Below are positions 56,201 through 64,000 of a DNA stretch of 64,000 nucleotides, one piece after another. Under the pieces are notes generated by a model. That model saw only the letters and a list, made by a program, of their open reading frames with translations, made no database searches and was not told where the DNA came from. A program made the translations under genes and the position numbers. Each line of letters starts with the position of its first letter. The first letter of the stretch is position 1. Source of the DNA: Caecitellus pseudoparvulus (Eukaryota; Protista; Bigyra: Bicosoecida); assembly GCA_965644315.1 (NCBI GenBank), contig CBFFRQ010000038.1:124001-188000 (forward strand), written 5' to 3'.

Positions 56201-58665
56201 GGGCTTCCTCGTACAGACTGACGTGTGGCTCCACTGTGACATGGAAGATATGCAGCACAGCATCTCGCAAAGCCTCCACGCCAGTGCTCAGCTGCAGCCT
56301 CTCCTCGATGGGGGTCCTCACGCGGCGCACGATCCCCGCCACGGCCCTGCCAATGGCATCGTCCTTCTGGTACCAGAACTTTTGTCGCAGCTCTCTCTTC
56401 CACTTCCTAAACGTGTCCCGAAAAGGGTGCATCAGGTCTCTGTAGAATGCATCCTGTACCTTGGCCATGCCTTCGCGACGGTGCGCGACGTAGCACTCCC
56501 ACAGACTCTCTGCTGCATCTTCATCCAGGAGCATAGAGCCAGCAAGTGCACAAGGTATGGACAGGGTCAGCCTGCGCCCCTCCATATGGGGAAAGGGGGT
56601 ACCGTCCTGCTGCTGCTCGGGGAAAAGCTGGTCCTTGAGCTTCCAGAACTTCTGCGTACCGACAAGGACAGAGGCACCGTGCTTCTGGCAGGTGTACCTG
56701 ACTTTTTTGACCGACTGCACGCCACGCATGCCAGTGATCAAGCACTGCGTACACTCCTGTATCCCATTTGTTGTCCAGACACAAGTGCCGGCCGTGTCCG
56801 CGTTGGGACACATGCCCCAGGGCACCACAGGGCGTCCGTCTGAGCCACCGTCTACCGGGACAGACATCATTCGCAAAGGAATGGCCATCGAGCTTGGGGC
56901 CATACTTTCCTGCAGTTCTTTTTCCATGTTCCTGAGCATCTCAGTCAACTTCTCAGGCAGCGGGCCAGCCTCTGCAGCTGCGGCCCCCCCTGTCCATGGC
57001 TCCTCAGCACGCGCTGCCATGGCTGACCGAAAGGAAACTCCCCCTTCTGCGGCTTTGGCTTGGTATGCATCGCTGTCGGGGAAAGTGTGCCCGTCAGGTG
57101 TCCAGGGGATGGGTCCTTCGACCAGCTTGTGGGTCTCCTCATCCGCTTGATCGAACCTGCTCCCCAGAGCTGGGTGTGCGGCAGCGACGCCAACTGCCTG
57201 AATCCGCCGCTCTGGGGGCTGCTTCTTGTGAGGGATGAAATGCTTGTAAACTGTGCCAGCGACCGCAGCATGCTCAGGTTTCTCGACATACCACTTGTCT
57301 TCGGTGATTGCGTGGGTGTATCCCCCGAGGAGACCCTGCTCGCCGACACACTCCTCCTCGCGGTCTGTGGTTCGATACACCAAGCCGCCTTCAATGCTGC
57401 GGACCTTGTCCCGAAGAGCGGCAGTCACTGGTCCCTGTGCGTCCCGCAACGCGGCCGCGATCCCAATCTCTGCCTTGTCTGCCATGTAGGCCAGCACAAC
57501 CCCCTCCCCAGGCTGTGGAGGGAGCGCCATCCTGCCCAAGGCAGCGCGCACCATCATCACGCTCGACCCAACAAGCTCAACAGTGGCAGGCTTGGCGGGC
57601 GATGCCATTAACACGGTCAGGATTGTACTCATGTTCCCGGCGAGCGCCGCTGGACAGGTGGGCACGAGAACCTCCCTGGGAGGCTGTGGGAGGCAATGCT
57701 CAGCGGGCCCCACTGCAGAGCACTGCTCGGTGAGCTCGCCTGGACTCATGTCACCGTGAAGGAGAAGGTGGGAGGCTGCTGGGGCACACCTGTGAACAAC
57801 AGCTTCAGACTTGGCCAGCGCCTGGTCGGACCACGTGCTACCGTGCCCCAGCGGAACGCTGCGGCGCAGGCTCTGCAACGCTGATTTTGTCAGTGACTCT
57901 GGAGACAAGTCCTCGACCGAGACTGAAGCAACTGTAACCTCCACGGGGCTCTGGGCATCAGGATGGCCTGCGGACAGAGGTGGACATGGGGGACTGCAGG
58001 TACGAGCTGAGAGCCTGCAGGAAACAGGAGAGAAGCTTCAGCCTCACCTTCTTCATGCCCTTGTGGTGCTTCTTGGGGCGCTAGAGTGTCTGCATCTTGC
58101 TCTGTGGTACGGAAAGGCTCGCAGGGGGTGCTGCCGTTATGGGCGAAACGCCGTTTGCACCACAAGACGCAAATACGCACCTTCTGCTGCCATAACGACA
58201 CGTCCTGCCCCACAGGAGTGAGATTCAAATCCTTTTTTCATCTTTGCACGCCAAAAACACACGTCAGAGGAGCAGTGGTAGTGAGTGCCGTCAACGAAGG
58301 CAGCGTTGGTACTGCCCTTGCGTGGAGCAAGGCACCCTCGTGCAATGGCCGCGGCCCGGAGCGAGCAAAGCTGACATTCAGAAGCCTTGGACCTTTCTAC
58401 CTTGATACAGTGCGTTGTAAGCACCCCTGGGGCTCTTCGCGGCATCCTGGCCTGGGTAGCGCAATGTCGTTCCTCGGTCAGTGGGGGCGCCCGTTGGAGC
58501 TGGTGCCGGAGGAGGTGGGGGGTACATTCAAATCGATGTGACGGTCAAGGAGAGAGGGGCAAAGGCGCCAAGTGAAGGAGATCAAATCCAAGTTGATGAG
58601 TGTCCAAATGCCACCTTTGTCACCAGAAAATTTACCCAGTCTATAAACTTATTCTCGACGCACCG
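53201..58665 (-). mobile_element. 5.46-kb TIR DNA transposon, copy B (inverted relative to copy A)
   Basis: Same TIRs as copy A. Perfect 9-bp TSD cgcctcgct at 53192-53200 and 58666-58674. The empty site is visible in sister units, e.g. gtcacacgcctcgctgtgccaag at about 49554. Confidence 0.96.
54144..58445 (-). CDS. DxxH-type DDE transposase of copy B; spliced and apparently intact
   Basis: ATG at 58445 (MPRRAPGV...CQLC...HCSSDVCFWRAKMKKGFESH), two introns as in copy A, then a 1266-codon main exon with VDWTF, VDN, DPWH and NESLH. Confidence 0.85.
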
Positions 58666-59149
58666 CGCCTCGCTGTGCCAAGCCCATTCAAATCCCTGAT
58701 TATTTGCACAATATGCCTGCCAGGCAGTGCCCGGTGCCCCATTGGTAAAGGCTGCCTTCGAACCCAGCACCATGCCTCGGCCCAGCGTCTGAAGGGCGCC
58801 CGCGGTCTATGGACTTGAAGCACGCACCGAAGCACGCACCGAAGCACGCCTCAGACCGTGTCTGCCTTGATTGAGCAGGCAACCACACTGCCGCAGACCA
58901 CGACAACCCAACAGGCTTCAAGCGGGGCGCAGGCGAAGGCTGTCGGGTCGGCGCAAGGGGGGCTCATGCTTGGGACACAGGCCGATCTGCCATGGCTAGC
59001 ATGCCTTGTGTGGTGAATGCATTGAACACTGCATTGGAAGGGCATGACGTGGGCCCCAAACGCGCATGCGCTGCTCTGGCACGTTGCTCGTCTGCTCTCG
59101 CTTCATTGGACTTCACTCAACGCTTGGCACAAGCACAGTGCTCGCTGCC

Positions 59150-61676
59150 TCAGATGGTGGCGGGCGCTTGCTGGTCACCCAACGAAGCCCCCGCTCGTGT
59201 CCGCACTACATCCTCAAACGCTGGGCGCATGTGAGCCCTCCACAGCTCCGTGCAGACTTCCTCACTGATGCTCTCAGGCCTCTTCGTCCACCCTTCCTCC
59301 ATCTCCCTCATCAACACCTCAGGCGTCATGGACATGCACTTCTCCATGAAGTTCAGGTGCCGCTTCAATGCAAGCCCATTCTCTTTTTGTTGCACCAGCG
59401 CCTTGTACGTCTCCTCCAGCACGGTTGGCTGCAGCAGCGCAAGAAATGAGTCTTCCACTGCTCCGATCTGCGACACGAGAAGACACAAGCCAGTCGTGAG
59501 CCGGGCTTACACTCCCAAGATCTTTCACAGGCGTCGGGACATGCAGCGCACTCACTCCCAGACGAACAAAGGCGCACTTCGCACTCAGCACAGCATCCGG
59601 GTTCACCTCACTTGGCTCCACCTTTCTCACAGCTTTACTGATGCGTTCCTGGTCTCCTTCAGACAGCGTCTTCAGGTCCTCCTCGAAATGCTCCTCAACA
59701 TCGGCCACCATGCGCGCCCGCATCCGCCCAAACAGTGCACGCCCCAGGCGGTCATCCAGCAGCCCTGTCCAGTCTGCATCGCTCACACCCTTTGGCCTCC
59801 GCACTCGTGCGCTGGGTACATCACCCGAGTGCTCGACCACATTCAAGCGCATGCATGCCTGCATGAACGCCCCGTGACGCTTCAATGCAGCCACATCATA
59901 TGGCCGCGCAACCAGCAATTTGTACGTCTCGCTCAGCATACTTGGCTGCAGCATGACTTCCGCAGAGTCCGCCACTGCTACGTTCTGCAACGCGAACACA
60001 GTGACACTGTGAGCCAGCCTCGCACACGCAAAACCAAGTCAAGCCAGCACTCACCGACATGCAAACGAAAGCCTCCTTTGCACTGACCACAGCAGTCTTG
60101 TCCACATCGGCACCGTCCAGGTTTGCAAAGGCTTTCACCACTCGCTCCCTGTCTTCATCCGGCAGCCGCCTCAACGCGGCTGCAAAGCGCCGCTCCCCTT
60201 TCTCCTTCAGGCGCGCCACAGCCGTCCCAAACACAGCACGCTTCAGGGCGGGGCGCAAGTTGTTCGTCAGCAACTCTGACCAGACTTCCTCGCTCACACC
60301 CTCAGGCTTCATATGTTGCGTAGTCAGGCCCTTAGACTCTAGCCGAGTCAAGCTAACAAACATGCAGTGCGCAAGGAACTCCCGGAGACGCTCCAGTCCT
60401 GCAACATCCTCCGCCGACCCCACCAACGCCTTGTACGCTGCCCCAAGCATGCCTGGCTGCAGCACCGCGACTGTTGACTCAACTATCAAACACACCTGCG
60501 AAGGCGTACGCTCGCCCAATGGCCAAGCCACACACACGGCAAGTTGCATCAACACTCACCCCTGTACGTGCAATGGCGCACTTCGCACAGGCCACAGCAG
60601 CAACGTTGGCGTTCTCAGCACCCAGCTTCTCGAGCGCCTCCTCCACACGCTCCCTGTCAACTGCCGACAGATGCCTCAGGGCGCGCGACATGTCCCCCTC
60701 ACCCTCCGCCGTCATCCTCCCCACAGCGGCCGAGAACTGCTCACGCTGCAGGGCGGGACGCATGTAGTCGGCCAGCAGCTCTGTCCAGGCGCCCTCCCTC
60801 AAACCCTCAGGTGCCTGCCTCCACCCCTCCTCGATCTTGCCCAGCAACGCCGCAGTCGTCTCCACCATGATGCCGGCCATGAGCCCCGCGAGGCGCTCCA
60901 CCGCAGCCACGTCCTCGGCAGGCCCCACCACGGCAGTGTGCAGCGCCTTCAGTACGTCTGGATCCACCAGTGCGGCCACTGTGCTCGCCACGCGCAGCTC
61001 CTGCGCAGGCAGCCTTGCTGTGTGAGTCAGCCATGCATACACGGGCAGGCCACGCATTGCGTCCACTCACTGCACGTATGAAAGCCCACTTGGCACTGCT
61101 GACGGCAGTCGCGTTGACATTGGCGCCATCCAGTCGGTGGAAGGCCTCCTCCACTTGCTCCTTGTCGGGGTCGGGCAGGGTGGCCAGGGCGTCCTTGAAG
61201 TGGCTCGCAAGGTCCAGCACTTGCGTCTTGTCCAGGCAGTGACTCTGCACACCAGCACAAAGGGGAGGGTGCACCCACACAGCATTACCAGTGTGCGCGG
61301 CGGTGCTCACTGGAGCGTCTTTGATGACAGCAGTAGCCTGTTGCATAGTGCGTGCATCCGGCCCAGCAGAGGCAAAGTGGGCGGGCAGCGCGAAGACAGA
61401 GCTCTCGTGCTGAAACGCCAGCGCGCGCTTCCACTCCACACCCTCAATCTCGCGCTGGCTTCCCCGTGGGGAGAGCGTGCTGGGCCCTCCATCTGGGCTG
61501 AGCGGTGAGGGCGAATGTAGGGAAGGAATCCCATGTGCATACCCCTCCTTCGGGCGCTGCTGCGTCGGCGTCGTGCACGATGCAGAAGTAAAGGCATGGC
61601 GTGCAATTTCCGCAAGCCCCTTGGGTGGAATTGGGCGCTGGGCACGCAATGCGGCTTGCAACGCGACAGTCAGCAT
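59150..61676 (-). CDS. Exon-repeat protein, paralog 4 (near-identical to paralog 3)
   Basis: Listed ORFs match those of unit 3 apart from a few substitutions. Confidence 0.7.
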
Positions 61677-62701
61677 CGCAACTTGTCCTTGTGTGATCGA
61701 CAAACGTGGCAGCCAAAGTAGGGCAGGGCCCTTTTGGGTGGTGGGGCTGCATTTGGTTTTGCAGCGCGACAGTGCTTGACAACGCCTGGACATCGCAGGT
61801 CTCACCACAGTACGATCAGTCTACAGTGACGAGGGTGGCACCAGAGTAAACCGGCGCTTGCTTTTTCTGTCTTCTCGAGGACCAGTAGGCTGGACTACAT
61901 CACGCTTTCCCCGTACGATGCTGCTAGGCGCGTGCAGCCGACAATGCCTGGCTGCGAGGCCTGCAACACGCGCCCTTCCGCCTCATGGCCAATCTTGACC
62001 GCTCCAATCCACAGCTCCTGCACGAACTTGCCCTAGCGGCCGTGGTTCGCAAGCCACAGCGCAGGGTTTGAAACAGCGTCCCGGGAATTCAACGACATCT
62101 CCTGCACACTGTCAGTCCCCCCCACGTCCAATCCAGCCCTCCAATTCAGTTCCATGCCGCGACTTGTAATCTGTGCGAGCTTGAAAACTGTGCATTGACA
62201 GTGCGGCACTTACCTCAGCATTGCGAGTTGTGGAAGATACAGTCTTGTGACTCCCCCAATCTGACGGAGCCTCCGACTCTGCTGACACAGCTCTCCCCCC
62301 CATGGCCATGGCTCGGCAGGTGGACAGGTCTGCGCAGCTTGCTTGCTCGATGAAAGATGGGACAGAAAGAATGTGCTTGGTGCGCTGCACTCACATCCGC
62401 GCGCAGTGCTCGGGACGGACTACTGCGGGGCCGACCACACTTCGAGCAGTGGTCGAGCATTGCCCACCCCTTGCCAATGTTCCAACTTTCGCCTGAAACT
62501 CCACATTTGCGTTGCAGCACGTACATGCAATTTCTAGTCCCAAGGTGCTTCTGCATCCTGCGACCTTCGCTGTACACGCGACTGTTCAGCAGGGCAACGG
62601 CAGCTGTCGGCTGCGGAAATTGGCTGCCCGCGCTTTGGCTCCAAACGCAAGAGCCGACGCAGGCCGTGCCAACATCCACCCCGGTGTGGCGCTGTAGCAT
62701 C

Positions 62702-63377
62702 ATGGCGGCAGATGGCTGCGTCACTCCCCCGCCGCAGCCCGTCACCGACGTGGAGACACGTTCCCCAAAGCTCCGAAAGCAACGCGCTGGCGAGAAGTAT
62801 GGCCCAGACGGCTTCAGGCACCGTGCAGGCTGCGTCGTCGTGCGGGCAGGCGACGACGGTACGCCGGAGGTTTTCTTGTGCTCCTCCCGGAAGCAGCCTG
62901 TCACCAAGACCCGCCGCTTCGTGCTCCCTGCGGGCGGTGAGTGTGCTGCAACGGCGTGCCGTGGAAGCACAAGCGCGCCGGCAACACGCTACGGGCTGCT
63001 TCCCCACAGGCATTGAAGAGGGAGAAGCGGAAGCGCAGGCGGCAGTTCGAGAGACGCAGGAGGAGGGCGGGGTCGTCTGTGGCAAGTCTCGCTGCGTGCT
63101 GCTCGGCACGTGGAGCGATGCCAAGCGGCGGAGCCACACGACGTACTTTGCGACCACCCTGGAATCACAAGAAAGCAGCCCAGAGGGCCGCCAGTGCCAG
63201 TGGCTGCCCGTGCCACAAGCCAAGGCTGTGCTCATGAAGAAGAACGGCATGTCTGCCGCGCTGGACTGCTTGCATGCGGCCCTGCTGACCGACCTCTGCG
63301 CCAGTGCGGCAGCGCCGGCTGCTGCGCCGGCAGAGTCACCAGGCGATGAGCAGCAGAGCAGCGAAATGGCGCCCTGA
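62702..63377 (+). CDS. Nudix hydrolase, DIPP/NUDT3/Aps1-like
   Basis: R.G.EKYGPDGFRHRAGCV and SSRK...FVLPAG; removing intron 62937-63009 restores the Nudix box GGIEEGEAEAQAAVRETQEEGG. Confidence 0.88.
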
Positions 63378-63464
63378 GGGCAGCAGGGCAGCCCGATCCC
63401 ACATCTACATGAAGAGTTTTGCTTTCCTGCGTGATCCAATGCATTGGTCGCTGTGTGCACAGGC

Positions 63465-64000
63465 TCACTCCGCAACAATGTCTGCGTCAGGCCACCGCGA
63501 GGCCGCAGGCTTGTGCTGCGGGGGACTCGCGGGCAAGGCAGCCAGCTGCTCCTCCAGTGCTGTGGAGATGTCTGCTGCCAGGGCAGCATCATCCACCGCC
63601 GTCACCATGCTGTCTGCGTAGGTCGTCGTGGGAGCTGTCGGCTGCGGCGGCAGGGGCTGGGGGATGGGCAGCAGCTCCGGGTCGAAGCCGGGGGCGAAGA
63701 AGCGCCCTGACGCGCCGTGGTACTTCAGCGCCGTGCTGCCCAGCGTGCCGGCGTAGCGGTTCTTCTTGATGTCCAGGCTCTTCGCGCCGTCGCTGCCCAC
63801 CTGCAGGATCCAGACATTGTCCGCCTCCTGCGTCGCCTTGGCGGAGCCGAAGACAGAGGACAGGGACAGGGAGCTGCCAGAGGGCTCCTTGCGCGGGTGG
63901 ATGACCACCGACACCGACACGTTGCGGGAGGAGGCGAACTGCCGGAAGGCGTCCAGGGCGCGGTCCTGGGCGTCGAACTTGTCCGCGACGCCCGCCCCCA
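63465..64000 (-). CDS. TWNK: Twinkle-like (T7 gp4/DnaB-type) mitochondrial helicase, 3' end only
   Basis: DKFDAQDRALDAFRQFA...VVIHPRKE...SVFGSAKATQEADNVWILQ...KKNRYAGTLG. Confidence 0.88.
   Translation of the reverse strand, partial: GAGVADKFDAQDRALDAFRQFASSRNVSVSVVIHPRKEPSGSSLSLSSVFGSAKATQEADNVWILQVGSDGAKSLDIKKNRYAGTLGSTALKYHGASGRFFAPGFDPELLPIPQPLPPQPTAPTTTYADSMVTAVDDAALAADISTALEEQLAALPASPPQHKPAASRWPDADIVAE

Larger units (their letters stand above)
42305..61912. repeat. Tandem segmental array of four units of about 3.63 kb (unit 4 interrupted by transposon copy B and incomplete)
   Basis: A marker ATG (MAALEAPAEV) recurs at 45720, 49347 and 52979, giving periods of 3627 and 3632 bp. Near-identical ORFs recur at a further offset of 9106 bp (3632 plus the 5474-bp insertion). 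Boundaries approximate. Confidence 0.93.

Overview
Eukaryotic, GC-rich genomic DNA with short GT-AG introns; no lineage is assigned from sequence alone. Both ends carry ordinary genes. Left end: an unknown ORF, two tandem C2H2 zinc-finger genes, a kinesin, a WD40-like protein, a guanylate-binding protein and an aldo-keto reductase. Right end: a DIPP-type Nudix hydrolase and a Twinkle-like helicase. Between about 18.7 and 61.9 kb lies an accessory island with five components. (1) A very large Mutator-type transposase fused to a degenerate RecQ-like helicase, SWIM and Tudor domains. (2) A 4.4-kb PIF/Harbinger-ISL2EU-type element with TIRs and a probable AT target-site duplication (TSD). (3) Two inverted copies of a 5.46-kb TIR transposon with 9-bp TSDs and a spliced DxxH-type transposase. 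(4) A split Crinkler/RHS (CR)-like NTPase + PD-(D/E)XK nuclease gene whose N-terminus is built from about 147-aa repeats, each encoded by one phase-0 exon. (5) A 3.63-kb tandem array of four mosaic paralogs that encode only those exon repeats, with no NTPase or nuclease. Components 4 and 5 together are the best candidate for an undescribed system. All family assignments come from motif recognition by eye, not database searches.
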